64,000 nucleotides of DNA from Methanothrix sp. (GTDB lineage: Archaea > Halobacteriota > Methanosarcinia > Methanotrichales > Methanotrichaceae), in NCBI GenBank assembly GCA_963682135.1, contig OY821645.1:2752001-2816000 (forward strand), read 5' to 3'. Each line of letters opens with the position of its first letter. The stretch's first letter is position 1. The notes under the pieces were generated by a model that was given only the letters and a program-made list of their open reading frames with translations, was not told the origin of the DNA and did not search any database. The translations under genes and the position numbers were made by a program. This document shows positions 40,338-50,843 of this stretch, piece after piece.

Positions 40338-41265
40338 AGTGGCGGATCAGAAAATGTTGGAGCGCAGAACGGGCATTGGATTGATGCTTCTGGTGGGAGT
40401 CATCGCTCTGCTCTTAGGATGGCATTTCCTTTCGGATAGCTCATCTGCGGGGCAATGGACTGTATCCGGTGAGGGAATCTTGGATTATATCGTATCCATG
40501 CCCCAATATAATTTGAGCCCGCCCGAGGGCGACGGCAACAGCACCCTTTCTACAGTCCAGTTCCAGAGCCGTGACGCGAATGTAGCAGCACTCTTGAGAA
40601 TTCCATACGGTGATGAAGTGAACAGGAGCATTCCCGGCATCGTACTCCTGCCCGGCGCTACCGTCAGCAAAGAGAGAGAGCAGAAGCTGGCCAGACATCT
40701 GGCAGACCTGGGATTTGCCAGCATCACCCTTGACCAGAGAAATCTGGGGGGCATTGATCCAAAAGCCGATCTGCAGATGTTTTTAAAGGGCGAAGAGCCG
40801 ACGGAGTATAAGATGGTTTATGATGCTCTGGCGGCGGGAGATGTACTTCGCAGCCGACCTGAGATCGACCCAACGCGCATCATCTACGCCGGGGAGAGCA
40901 ACGGAGGGCGTTTTGCCATTATGGCCTGTGCACTGGACAAGAACGCGAAAGGTGTTTTGGCCATCAGCACATGTGGCTATGGAACGGATGCTGCTATTGC
41001 CTCGGCGGGAGTAGTCGATAAGAATCAGGTTCGCTTCTACCGGTCCATCGATCCCGAGACCTACCTGAGCAGGATCGCGCCTCGCCCGTTGGTCATGATC
41101 CATTCTCGCAATGATACTATCATACCTTACCAATTGGCAGAGCAGACCTATGATCGGGGAATGCAGCCCAAGAGAATGCACACCGTGGGCTGCAACGTGC
41201 ATGGCTACTGTGCACAGATGAATGAGGCAATCGAAGAAGAGCTGTTGGGCATGGCTATCAAATAG
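40312..41265 (+). CDS. Membrane-anchored alpha/beta hydrolase
   Basis: N-terminal TM; GESNGG nucleophile elbow; HSRNDTIIP; C-terminal His. The true start may be the ATG at 40354. Confidence 0.8.
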   Translation: MNNGSQASEVADQKMLERRTGIGLMLLVGVIALLLGWHFLSDSSSAGQWTVSGEGILDYIVSMPQYNLSPPEGDGNSTLSTVQFQSRDANVAALLRIPYGDEVNRSIPGIVLLPGATVSKEREQKLARHLADLGFASITLDQRNLGGIDPKADLQMFLKGEEPTEYKMVYDALAAGDVLRSRPEIDPTRIIYAGESNGGRFAIMACALDKNAKGVLAISTCGYGTDAAIASAGVVDKNQVRFYRSIDPETYLSRIAPRPLVMIHSRNDTIIPYQLAEQTYDRGMQPKRMHTVGCNVHGYCAQMNEAIEEELLGMAIK

Positions 41266-41490
41266 TGCAGGCAGCTATATTGAGAAAATGGGAGGGATAG
41301 GCAAGGTCGATAATGAAGCGGGTAGGAGGAAAAGATGGTCTCTGTCGACCTTGCCCATCTTATGCTCGTCGTTCAACGATATAAATGTGTGGTACATCGC
41401 CGACTAACGATATAATTCAAGCTTGAAGAGCTGCAATTGGCACCAGTCACCCTGCAATTGGTATGCGGGGTGTGCCTGTTGGTCAGGATC

Positions 41491-41997
41491 TCAAAGTGTA
41501 ACTTTTACATCCTTGCCGGCAAAAGCCTCTTTGAGATGCTCTTCCTGCTCCTTGGATAGGGATGTCTTCAATACCTTAACGTTCTTGTACTTCCTAAGCT
41601 CGTCCATTACTTTGTCCGGTGTGGACTCTCTAACCAGCAGGAACAATGCCGAGTTTCCAGGCTGTATGGTGTTTGCTACCTCTTTGATAAATTGTTCGTC
41701 CATACCCACATTTGTATATTTCCCTGCAATGGCTCCGGCGGCTGCACCGAGAACCAACCCGAATATCGGTACAAGGAAGATGAGACCGATCAGAAGTCCC
41801 CAGAAGGCTCCGCCCAGAGCCCCTGCTCCTACCATATCGACTTCTTGATTCACCTTAACCTTCCCATCCTTGTTTCTTATGACAACCGCGGCATCCTCCA
41901 ATCCTATGAGATGCTCTTTTTGAAGCTTTAGCAGGTCATCTCTCATCATCCCCGCACTAGTTTCCGTATCGAAGGCCAACACAACCAAATCACTCAT
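41491..41997 (-). CDS. DUF1269 family membrane protein
   Basis: LEDAAVVIR..DGKVKV, GALGGAFWGLLIGLIF glycine zipper, PGNSALFLL. Confidence 0.85.
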   Translation of the reverse strand: MSDLVVLAFDTETSAGMMRDDLLKLQKEHLIGLEDAAVVIRNKDGKVKVNQEVDMVGAGALGGAFWGLLIGLIFLVPIFGLVLGAAAGAIAGKYTNVGMDEQFIKEVANTIQPGNSALFLLVRESTPDKVMDELRKYKNVKVLKTSLSKEQEEHLKEAFAGKDVKVTL

Positions 41998-42075
41998 TAT
42001 TAGAAACCTCCAGAATTACTTGTACCACTTGTTGCTTATAGACTTTTCCAAATATCTGGATCTATATTCGTCATA

Positions 42076-42777
42076 TTATTGGATCTGTTTTCCATTCCTC
42101 GGGATGGCAGTGATCATGGTTCGCCAGGTGGTATTGTCAAAATACAGAGCGTCAAACCACATCCAGTAAAAACGATTGGCATTAACGAAGGAGTAGCCGT
42201 CGCAGTAATCATCATACTTATCATAAGGATCTGCCAGAATCAAGACATCATCCCACGGATCGCTAACATTTTGATAGTCGTATCCAACCGCGATCGCCCA
42301 ATGTCCGCTCAGGTCTATCCATTCCACCAAGGTCGGAATGCCCTGCAAAATGTTGTCTCGCAGCCGCTCTAATGCAGTACCATCACCTTTGTCCTCAAAC
42401 TCAAGTAACACATCAAAACCATTCTTCTCAAGCCAGGCAATCATTTCCTGTGGTTTTGTTCCCGGCTGGGATGAATTCAAGTCTCTTGTGCCTAATTCTT
42501 GAGCAATTTTCATTTCAGTCTTTGCATCATTTTCAATATAAGGGCATCCATAAAATTTAGCCAGGGAGAGTAATACTGCTGGGCCGCATGTATAGTCGGT
42601 CGTTTGCTGGTAGCCTGTCAAACCCGGAATAAAATCAACATTCTGTGAGGTGGAGAGGATAGCCGTATCAATTTTTGGAAACCACGCAATCGTGCTATTT
42701 TCCCCATAAGAGCAAGCGCAGGAGACAAGAACAATCGAGATGATAACTAAGGGTGTAGCAATAGTAATTTTCTTCAT
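42076..42777 (-). CDS. Secreted papain-like C39-family peptidase
   Basis: QQTTDYTCGPA (Q...C), GHWAIAVGYD (H), ADP (D); signal peptide. Confidence 0.8.
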   Translation of the reverse strand: MKKITIATPLVIISIVLVSCACSYGENSTIAWFPKIDTAILSTSQNVDFIPGLTGYQQTTDYTCGPAVLLSLAKFYGCPYIENDAKTEMKIAQELGTRDLNSSQPGTKPQEMIAWLEKNGFDVLLEFEDKGDGTALERLRDNILQGIPTLVEWIDLSGHWAIAVGYDYQNVSDPWDDVLILADPYDKYDDYCDGYSFVNANRFYWMWFDALYFDNTTWRTMITAIPRNGKQIQ

Positions 42778-42886
42778 TTCGCTATTTGTGATGCGCTCTG
42801 ATAATATAAAGATTATTCGTCAGAATGTTTATGTGGATGAAGAGGTCTATGAAGATGATTGGAATGCTTTATGGAGATGAAGACCC

Positions 42887-43156
42887 ATGTTCAATACCAA
42901 AAAGAAGAATGAAAATGGGGAAGTTGTAGTAGCTATTTGCCCGCTATGCAATTTACGCGTTGAATTTATCGGCGCTCCGATGGTAAGATGCTATTCCATA
43001 GGAGACATGTATGAGCCGGAGAGAATTATTTGGGTTCTGGAATCAGATGTCCCGAAAGAAACCGGATACGATGTGGAGAATTCGAGGGGTGACAACAAGG
43101 AGCAAGATTTCTTGCCTAATGCGCACGTCACGGAAGATGAGAAAGAGGGACGATAG
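42887..43156 (+). CDS. Small hypothetical protein (single CPLC)
   Basis: 89-aa ORF with upstream ggag; no recognised family. Confidence 0.4.
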   Translation: MFNTKKKNENGEVVVAICPLCNLRVEFIGAPMVRCYSIGDMYEPERIIWVLESDVPKETGYDVENSRGDNKEQDFLPNAHVTEDEKEGR

Positions 43157-43247
43157 AGAACGAGGTAATAATGTCTGCAGAATTGCTCCTCCTGTCCAGG
43201 GGATCGGGCCGGCCCGATGATATGAATTATCCTTTACCGAGGCTCGC

Positions 43248-44159
43248 ATGTACAGGGTAGTCAGACGCAGGGAGATGGCCGGTGGAGATATCATTCTCAA
43301 TGAGATTGAAGCGCCTAAGATCGCCCGAATTGCCCAGCCGGGACAGTTCGTGATTCTCAGGGCTAATGAGGTTGGAGAGCGTATCCCCATGACCATGGCA
43401 GACATAAATGCAGCAAATGGGACCATTACCATCATCTACCATGTGGTGGGCCGGTCCACGGCGCTATTCAAGATCCTGCAGGTGGGTGACTATTACCTGA
43501 ATGTGGCCGGACCACTGGGTCGGCCTACCGAAGTAGGAAATGTGGGAACAGCCATCTGCGTGGGCGGAGGAACGGGACTAGCCGTTCTCTATCCCATTGC
43601 CAAAAAACTAAAGAGCCTGGGAAATCGGGTGGTGAGCATCATCGGGGCTCGCACCAGGGAGCTTGTCATCCTTCAAGAGGAGATGGCTGCCGTCTCCGAT
43701 GTTCTCATGATCTGCACGGATGACGGTTCATTGGGGCGCAAAGCAGTGGTGACAGAGCTATTAGAAGAGGCCCTGAAAGAAGAGGTCCCGGGATTAGTAG
43801 TAGCCATCGGGCCTGTGCTAATGATGAAAATGGTCAGCGATGTCACGCGGCCCCGTCAGATTAAGACCATCGTCAGTCTCAACCCCATCATGATTGACGG
43901 CACTGGCATGTGTGGCAGTTGCAGAGTCGAAGTGGGTGGAGAGACGAAGCTGGCCTGCGTGGATGGGCCGGAGTTTGACGGCCACCAGGTGAACTACGAG
44001 CTGCTCATGGCTCGCCTCTCTGCCTTCCAGGAGGAGGAGACGCAGGCCCTGCGGGCGCATGGGGAAGAAGAGATGCATAGATGCCGCTTGAAAGAGGGGC
44101 ATTTGGATGATATGATGGGAAAAGCCAAATACATAAACGGGAAGATATCTAACCAATGA
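43248..44159 (+). CDS. NfnA/SudB-like FAD/NAD-binding [2Fe-2S] flavoprotein subunit
   Basis: PGQFVILR...GERIP, GPLG, GGGTG, DGTGMCGSCRV, CVDGPEF. Confidence 0.9.
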   Translation: MYRVVRRREMAGGDIILNEIEAPKIARIAQPGQFVILRANEVGERIPMTMADINAANGTITIIYHVVGRSTALFKILQVGDYYLNVAGPLGRPTEVGNVGTAICVGGGTGLAVLYPIAKKLKSLGNRVVSIIGARTRELVILQEEMAAVSDVLMICTDDGSLGRKAVVTELLEEALKEEVPGLVVAIGPVLMMKMVSDVTRPRQIKTIVSLNPIMIDGTGMCGSCRVEVGGETKLACVDGPEFDGHQVNYELLMARLSAFQEEETQALRAHGEEEMHRCRLKEGHLDDMMGKAKYINGKISNQ

Positions 44160-44785
44160 AGCGGCTCACTGCATATGTCTCAGGCAAAGTCCAAAGGGTA
44201 GGCTATAGGGCTAGGGTTATCCAGTCAGCAAATGGCTTGGGTCTAAAAGGCATAATCGAGAACCTGAGCGATGGACGAGTTCGAATTATTGCTGAAGGCG
44301 ATGAAGAGAAGATGAAACTATTCGAGGGTGCAATAGACATAAAGAATACATTCATCCAGGTCACTTCTATTGAAAAGATATATTCTCAGCCTTATGGCGA
44401 ATTTGGCAGCTTTTATAAACTTGTCGGGACGGGCGAGACCGACTCCCGCCTTGATGAGGGAATTGGCGTACTGAAAGACATGAGAGATCTGCTCATTGCA
44501 ATTTGCGGTAAGCAGGATAATATGCTCGGCAAGCAAGACCAAATGCTCGGCAAGCAAGACCAAATGCTCGGCAAGCAAGACCAAATGCTCGGCAAGCAAG
44601 ACCAAATGCTTGGCAAGCAAGACCAAATGCTCGGCAAACAGGATGAAATCCTTTTCGAGATCAAGGATATGAACAGTAGCCTCAACGATAAAATGGATAA
44701 GCTTCTGGATAAGAGCGACATTATTGAATTGAAGGGTGATGTGGCCGAGATGAGGTCTGCTCTGAGGGCAAAGGGTATTATTTAG
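44156..44785 (+). CDS. Acylphosphatase-domain protein with heptad-repeat coiled-coil tail (copy 1)
   Basis: VSGKVQRVGYR...GIIENLSDGRV.IIAEG; tail contains GKQDQML repeats. Confidence 0.85.
   Translation: MKRLTAYVSGKVQRVGYRARVIQSANGLGLKGIIENLSDGRVRIIAEGDEEKMKLFEGAIDIKNTFIQVTSIEKIYSQPYGEFGSFYKLVGTGETDSRLDEGIGVLKDMRDLLIAICGKQDNMLGKQDQMLGKQDQMLGKQDQMLGKQDQMLGKQDQMLGKQDEILFEIKDMNSSLNDKMDKLLDKSDIIELKGDVAEMRSALRAKGII
44507..44653 (+). repeat. 21-bp coding tandem repeat x7
   Basis: ggcaagcaagaccaaatgctc units. Confidence 0.95.
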
Positions 44786-44976
44786 CATGAGGGCCTAATT
44801 TGAGCCAAGCAGTACACTGCCGGTGATTACTGCAACGTCTCTGTGCAAAAGTGGATGAGTGGTCATTCTTCCGGATGGCGGCCCAGGGCGAATGGCGCAT
44901 CTCCGGTGGGATTTCTAAACCAATAACATGCAAATATTTATAGCTATGTTAAACTCATTACTCTTGGAGGTTTTGC

Positions 44977-45867
44977 ATGAAAAATATTCTAACAATAATT
45001 GCTTTCATTTCCCTGCTATATCTGCCTGTTGTCCTTGCAGAGGATGTAAGCGTTGATCAGCTCAAGCAGATGACAACTGCATCCGCGGACAATCTCACAA
45101 CCTATACCTACTCCCGCTCCGCAGAAAGCACTATCATCTACAGCAATGAATCGCTCCAAGATAAATTTGCTGCAGTCAAGGCCACCGAGGGTAAAGTGAA
45201 CCTGACAGCACAGTCCGGTTGGTGGAGCCATCAGCTTACAGATATTGGAACCGGGCAAGTCCTCTACTGGCAAGGATACTTCCTAAATGGCACGGAAATA
45301 TGGAAAGAGGGAGATAACTGGACCCAATTTGTCATCGACGATCCGGATCTGGTTATGGCGGACTATAACGAGCTTTCCAGTCAAGTGGCGCTCCTATACT
45401 ACAGCAACCTATCGATCAAAGGAACGGAGACCATTGACGGTGAAGACTGCTACGTGATTGCGGCAGAACCGATCCCATTGATCAAGAAGACCATCTTGGG
45501 CACGCAGATCTATGCCGCCTATCTCTCTTCGCCTTTCCCAATGCCCGATGAATTCGACAACAAGAACCTTGACTTGGATAATACCTCAATTCAGGGTAAC
45601 AGCAATGTCTCAGTAACAGCCTGGATTTCCAAGCAGTCCTCTCTGCTAAAGAGAATTGAGATTGATTCCAGCTTAACCCTGACGCCCTCGATTCTCAAGA
45701 TAGTGGAGCAAAACTTTACCATACAGTCGACTCTGCAGGAAAGGACCGATTATGGCAATTTTGGTGAGAGCGTGCAAATTGTGCTTCCCGAAGAAAGCCA
45801 AAATCAATCACCCCGCATAAAGGGCGCAGATTGGAGATGGGCAATCTTTGGACTGGTGGAGCCCTAA
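44977..45867 (+). CDS. Secreted protein, LolA/LppX-like (DUF6612-like) fold likely
   Basis: Signal peptide; GTETIDGEDCYVI, WISKQSSLLKRIE, YGNFGESVQIVLPEE. Confidence 0.6.
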   Translation: MKNILTIIAFISLLYLPVVLAEDVSVDQLKQMTTASADNLTTYTYSRSAESTIIYSNESLQDKFAAVKATEGKVNLTAQSGWWSHQLTDIGTGQVLYWQGYFLNGTEIWKEGDNWTQFVIDDPDLVMADYNELSSQVALLYYSNLSIKGTETIDGEDCYVIAAEPIPLIKKTILGTQIYAAYLSSPFPMPDEFDNKNLDLDNTSIQGNSNVSVTAWISKQSSLLKRIEIDSSLTLTPSILKIVEQNFTIQSTLQERTDYGNFGESVQIVLPEESQNQSPRIKGADWRWAIFGLVEP

Positions 45868-45883
45868 TTGGAGGGATAAATAG

Positions 45884-46357
45884 ATGAAATTTTTCAAGAA
45901 TATTCTCTTGAGCTTTTGCATACTGGCATTTCTGTCCTCAGGTATGCTTGCGGCCATGGCACAAGATCCAGCCGATCAGGCACGCTCTTACTGTGTTAAG
46001 TCAGGCTATCTTTACAGTTCATCTCCCGGTGTCAATGGTGGTCAAGGAATGTGTGTGTTCCCTGATAAGAGTTGGTGCGATTCCCAGGCATTTTTCCAGG
46101 GAACCTGCAATCGCAGCCTAAAGCCAAATATCATTCCGGGATATGTCTCAGAATCGGATGGCATGTGGGTACAATCGGTTGAATCGATCTGCCGGGGCAG
46201 GGGAGGCAGTCTGAGGAGCGTCCATACGCCTTATGGTGATATTACTATGTGCGCGTTTGCTGATGGAAGGACCTGTGATCTGAAATCTCTGGCAGAGGGA
46301 AGATGCGGCGGGGATATGTGGCTGGCATATGCTCGTTCCTGGCTTGATGCGCCGTAA
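45884..46357 (+). CDS. Secreted DUF333-repeat (Cys-rich) protein
   Basis: A.SYCVKSGY...GMCVFPD.SWCD..AFFQGTC, present twice. Confidence 0.75.
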   Translation: MKFFKNILLSFCILAFLSSGMLAAMAQDPADQARSYCVKSGYLYSSSPGVNGGQGMCVFPDKSWCDSQAFFQGTCNRSLKPNIIPGYVSESDGMWVQSVESICRGRGGSLRSVHTPYGDITMCAFADGRTCDLKSLAEGRCGGDMWLAYARSWLDAP

Positions 46358-46466
46358 ACTACTTATATTTTCTTCTATCTTTTAATAAAAATTTTTACAT
46401 ATAAAATTGAGCGACCAAACTGTTATATTTGAGCAAAAATATCCATAAACGGTAGGATGATCGCCA

Positions 46467-47573
46467 ATGAATTCTGATGAAGTTTGGTTTTCTCATAGAG
46501 AAAAAATCTTCCAAATCGAAGATGGAAAGGTCGAATGGACAGATGAGCCGAAGGTATGGAACTGGGATCACTGCACAATAACGCTCGTAAAATCCCCAAA
46601 GAAAAGGCTCAGAGTAGTGGTAAGGAGCAACGCCAACCGAAACCAGACATCGTTTAAGGTCAACCGGCCAATGACCCTGAGATATATGCTGGGTTTCGAT
46701 ATTGATCAGGTTTATCCGCTGAAATGCGAGAGTCCGAATTCGAAAAAAGACTCTGAAAATAGTAACCTATCATGGACCGGTCCGGGGGATAGATGGGTAT
46801 TTCAACTGGATGAAGATTATTGGATATGGGAGTACAAAGGAGACGGATCGGACGTCACTTCCTCGAATGTCTATAAGATCTATCAGGAGATAATGGGAAA
46901 TCTATCAGGCACTCACCAGGACGGCTTTGATCAGGTCTTCGATTTGCAGCCGAAAAGCCTGAGCGATAAGATGGTCATAGATCATCTCCAATCTCCACCC
47001 GGCAAAATGTTGGATCGCATTATTCCCGCAATATACCAGCCGGCAGTAGATGGCTTAAAGAACTATCTTCGAGAGGTACATTGTGCTCAAAAAGATCTTG
47101 ATGGTGGAATTTCTGAGGTAGAGGTTACCCTGATCTTTAATAACGAAGAATTAAGGAAACATCGCCTCCTGGACATACCATATCGGGAGCTTCGCCGCTT
47201 GATGTATAATCGAGACAGCGATGTGGAGAGCTTTAAAATACGTATCGACAGAAACAATATGCAAAACAATCGTTTCATCTTCAAAAACATCCACAGCATA
47301 ATCGATGGTAGAAACAATGATTTGAATGAGGATTCGATACATGGTGATCCGGACGGTATTGGAAATGCTATCAGCTACTACTTAATTGACTACGGTCATC
47401 CGGTAGTGTTTGTGAACACATCCAATCATGCCATGGCCGAGCATGATGCCAACCAGAAGCTATGGAAATGGGAGTATGTGCCTGGCGTAATGGATTCGCC
47501 GCTGATTCTGGGAAGCAAGACTCGTAAAGAAATAGATGCTGAATTTGATCGAGGGCAGGTAAACAAAACATGA
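46467..47573 (+). CDS. Hypothetical protein
   Basis: 368-aa ORF overlapping the next gene by 4 nt; no recognised family. Confidence 0.7.
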   Translation: MNSDEVWFSHREKIFQIEDGKVEWTDEPKVWNWDHCTITLVKSPKKRLRVVVRSNANRNQTSFKVNRPMTLRYMLGFDIDQVYPLKCESPNSKKDSENSNLSWTGPGDRWVFQLDEDYWIWEYKGDGSDVTSSNVYKIYQEIMGNLSGTHQDGFDQVFDLQPKSLSDKMVIDHLQSPPGKMLDRIIPAIYQPAVDGLKNYLREVHCAQKDLDGGISEVEVTLIFNNEELRKHRLLDIPYRELRRLMYNRDSDVESFKIRIDRNNMQNNRFIFKNIHSIIDGRNNDLNEDSIHGDPDGIGNAISYYLIDYGHPVVFVNTSNHAMAEHDANQKLWKWEYVPGVMDSPLILGSKTRKEIDAEFDRGQVNKT

Positions 47574-48319
47574 GAAAGATCATCAAGATAGACCCGCAGC
47601 TATGTAATGGCTGCGGTGAATGCATCACCGCCTGTGCGGAAGGCGCCATCGAGCTTAAGGACGGAAAAGCCCGGGTGGTGAGCGACAGCTTCTGCGACGG
47701 CCTGGGCGCATGTCTGGCCGTTTGCCCCCAGGGTGCTCTCACCATCGAGGAGCGCGAAGCCACGCAGTTTGACGAGAAGGGAGCCAAAGAGCATAAAAGT
47801 TCGGCCCACAATCATGGGCGAATAAATCCTGCAAGATGTGCGGACCCTTCTTCCGTTGTCACGCCTTGCTCGGCTCCCATTACCCTGAAGCCTAATCAGG
47901 AGGTTCATGCAGATTTTTCCCGCGAAAAGATAAAACCCGGCGAAGATCATGCCAATGAATTGTGCGGTTGGCCCATCCAGATGAGGCTGGTGCGCCCCTG
48001 GGCCCCTTACCTGCAGGGCGCTCGCCTGCTGGTAGCCGGAGACTGCACTGCTTTTGCCTATCCTGCCATACAGCAGGACTTCATAAAGGGCCGCGTGGCC
48101 CTGGTAGGTTGCCCCAAGCTCGATGAAACCGGGCCCTTTGTGGAAAAGCTGGCCGAGATTCTCAAGCAAAACGAGATCAAGGACATTGCTGTGCTGCACA
48201 TGACTGTGCCCTGCTGCTCTCAGCTTGCCCAGCTGGTTTCACAAGCCGTGCACCGATCTGGGAAAGATGTGCCTGTGAAGAGCTATGTGGTGGGAATCGA
48301 AGGAAAGCTAATTACTTAA
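47570..48319 (+). CDS. 4Fe-4S dicluster protein with Cys-containing C-terminal domain
   Basis: CNGCGECITAC, CDGLGACLAVCP, WPIQMRLV, ADC-like AGDCTAF, GCPKLD, VPCC. Confidence 0.85.
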   Translation: MRKIIKIDPQLCNGCGECITACAEGAIELKDGKARVVSDSFCDGLGACLAVCPQGALTIEEREATQFDEKGAKEHKSSAHNHGRINPARCADPSSVVTPCSAPITLKPNQEVHADFSREKIKPGEDHANELCGWPIQMRLVRPWAPYLQGARLLVAGDCTAFAYPAIQQDFIKGRVALVGCPKLDETGPFVEKLAEILKQNEIKDIAVLHMTVPCCSQLAQLVSQAVHRSGKDVPVKSYVVGIEGKLIT

Positions 48320-48362
48320 CTGACAATTTGATTCTTCAGCAGCAGAATCTAAATAGCTGAAT

Positions 48363-49457
48363 TTGGAAACGAATACATGGGTGAATCAGGTTATGGATTT
48401 CAGCCGTCGTTTTGACATGGCAGCAGGCTCTCTGGTCTTCCTGGTCTTTCTCGCCACAGTTTACCTGACCAAGGACTTCCTTACCACTATTTTGCTGAGC
48501 ATAGTCATGGTATTTCTCCTCAAGCCGCTTTTTGCCGCTTTCTTTCGTCTGACCCGGCAGAGACAGATATCCTCCTTATTCTCCATATTGATTGTCTTCA
48601 TCTTTATTCTGGCCATCCTGCTCGGCATCACCACTGTGCTCCTGGTGGAGATATCCAATCTGGAAAGGTCTGGGGCCCTGTCAGGCATCCAATTCACGGT
48701 CATAACCCAGGAGATCGACAGATGGGCCATGAGCGCCCTTCCTGTTTGGGTTTATAATTATGTGAATGTCATAATACTTAAAAACGTACAGGAGATAAGC
48801 GACATCCCTGTGACCATTGCCACCTGGCTCTTTCCCATTGTGCAGCGAGAGCTAACCTCATTTGCCTCCAATCTGCCCGTGCTTTTTGCTCAATTGATTG
48901 TAGTGGTGTTCTTCACCTACTACATCCTCATCGACGGCAAAGAGTTCCTGGCCAAGGCTGTGGACCTGGTTCCCAGGCAGAAACGGGCAATTGTTCTGGA
49001 TTTTCTGCAGGAGCTTAGCGGCATCTATAACACCCTTTTTACAGTCTACTTCACCACATCTATGTTAAGCGGTGTTTTGGCTGCGATCGGCTTTTCCATG
49101 CTGGGCATGCCCTATCCCTATTTGATGGGGGTTGTTGTGGGCATCTTTACGCTCGTTCCCATGCTGGGTCCGCCTTTTGTATTCATTCCACTGGCGCTCT
49201 ATTATCTATTCATGGGGGATGTGATCCGTTTCTTGATAATCATGATATTCGGAACGGTGGTTCTCATGGTGATCCCTGAAAATGTAATCCGTCCTCATCT
49301 AGCCATGAAAAGCTCCAGGATTCATCCTATAGTCACATTGCTCGCGTACACCGCCCCCATATTCGTAGTAGGAATCATAGGCGTGATTATCGGCCCCACT
49401 CTCTACGGCTTTCTCCTGGCGGCCTACCGAGCAGCTATCAATAACCGGGAGACTTGA
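48363..49457 (+). CDS. AI-2E family transporter
   Basis: Multi-TM; LVPMLGP, ENVIRP, IHP, GVIIGP. Confidence 0.85.
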   Translation: METNTWVNQVMDFSRRFDMAAGSLVFLVFLATVYLTKDFLTTILLSIVMVFLLKPLFAAFFRLTRQRQISSLFSILIVFIFILAILLGITTVLLVEISNLERSGALSGIQFTVITQEIDRWAMSALPVWVYNYVNVIILKNVQEISDIPVTIATWLFPIVQRELTSFASNLPVLFAQLIVVVFFTYYILIDGKEFLAKAVDLVPRQKRAIVLDFLQELSGIYNTLFTVYFTTSMLSGVLAAIGFSMLGMPYPYLMGVVVGIFTLVPMLGPPFVFIPLALYYLFMGDVIRFLIIMIFGTVVLMVIPENVIRPHLAMKSSRIHPIVTLLAYTAPIFVVGIIGVIIGPTLYGFLLAAYRAAINNRET

Positions 49458-49522
49458 CGAATGGAAAGCTTTATCTCTTTTTATAGGTCACTAGTTTAGT
49501 TCAGTTCCATGGAGCTTTAAAG

Positions 49523-50815
49523 ATGGGCGTAGAGAATGGCTTGGAGAAGTTTGGTGCTATTGATATTGCAGAGCTGCTGCTGACTGCAGATATTTATAAC
49601 CGCACAGAGAATTTGACTGAAGACGACCTACCTCCCAATATTCGCAAGCATTACTTCGATGGGCAGACTAGAAGCGTCAAGAGGCCGATTTATGTAACCA
49701 GTGCCGATGCACAGAAGATTTATGGCATTGAGAATGTCAAAGCGGTTATAAAAGATCTCACTTTTGTGGCTTTTGAGGAATTTGGCTCCCAGCTCCGGCT
49801 GACCGTATTCGATGTGGCGGCCAAGTGGTTTGCCAATCAAAAGGATCTGGCAAGGATTAAATCGAATCCCACATTGGCCTACTTCTATGAGAACTATGAT
49901 TCTCTGGATGTGAGCTATGCTCAGGCCAGGAGCGCCAATAAGCCTCTTTCAGCCGACCGGGAATGGATAGACGCTAAGATTAAGGAGCTTTGCAAAGATT
50001 CCAAGGAGGCGGAAGATCTTCTTAAGCTGGCCTACATCAAGGCCCCTGAGGATGTTAGGGATAAAATTGCCGGTCTGATTTTGACAGAGGATCAGAAGTC
50101 TGAGATAGAAAAGATGGGCAAGGCTCTGAAAAATCGGCTATATCTGCGAGAGATCGGGCTCTACGAAATAGGCAAACTTCTTTTCGTCGGCCCGCCGGGA
50201 ACCGGCAAGACCTCTACCGCCCGGGCTCTTTCCAGTTGGTTTTCTCTACCCATTGTGGAAGTTCGCCTCTCCATGATCACCAGCCAGTATTTGGGGGAGA
50301 CGTCCAAGAACATAGACAAGGTCTTTGAGCTGGCCAAGAGGCTATCCCCCTGCATACTGCTCATTGATGAGTTCGATTTTGTGGCCAAGACCAGGACCTC
50401 AGATGAGCACGGCGCCATGAAGAGGGCCGTCAACTCGCTCCTTAAAGCCATAGATGAGATCAGCCTGGTGGAGCATGGCGTTTTGCTCCTGGCGGCCACC
50501 AACCACCCCCAGCTTCTGGATTACGCGGCCTGGCGGAGGTTTGACAAAGTATTGAGCTTTCCCCTGCCGGACAAGGATATGAGGCGCAAGATCCTGGACA
50601 AGGTGATCTCCCGCATTGATGCAGATGTCGATACGGCTGCTCTTGCAGAAGCGACGGAGGGCTACTCGGGCTCGGACCTGCGGTTGGTTATCAGGGAAGC
50701 GGTGCTCAATGCTCTCCTGGAGGATCGCAAACATTTGAGCCAGGAAGATCTGGATATTTCTATTGAGGAGTTCCGGCGCAGGATCTCTGATTACAAGCGG
50801 AGCGTTACGGCATGA
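49523..50815 (+). CDS. AAA+ ATPase
   Basis: GPPGTGKT, LLIDEFD, AATNHP.LLD.A.WRRFD, GYSGSDL. Confidence 0.92.
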   Translation: MGVENGLEKFGAIDIAELLLTADIYNRTENLTEDDLPPNIRKHYFDGQTRSVKRPIYVTSADAQKIYGIENVKAVIKDLTFVAFEEFGSQLRLTVFDVAAKWFANQKDLARIKSNPTLAYFYENYDSLDVSYAQARSANKPLSADREWIDAKIKELCKDSKEAEDLLKLAYIKAPEDVRDKIAGLILTEDQKSEIEKMGKALKNRLYLREIGLYEIGKLLFVGPPGTGKTSTARALSSWFSLPIVEVRLSMITSQYLGETSKNIDKVFELAKRLSPCILLIDEFDFVAKTRTSDEHGAMKRAVNSLLKAIDEISLVEHGVLLLAATNHPQLLDYAAWRRFDKVLSFPLPDKDMRRKILDKVISRIDADVDTAALAEATEGYSGSDLRLVIREAVLNALLEDRKHLSQEDLDISIEEFRRRISDYKRSVTA

Positions 50816-50843
50816 GTTGCGCCATATGGGCCATGAGGAGCGC

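Noticed and set aside
41450-41461. ctgcaattgg direct repeat (41430 and 41452) as an operator
   Set aside because: It lies between convergent gene ends, has only two copies and no supporting context.
44507-44653. Short direct repeats as a possible CRISPR array (also 52006-52173)
   Set aside because: Head-to-tail with no unique spacers, unit lengths are multiples of 3, and they lie in frame within CDSs; no cas genes.
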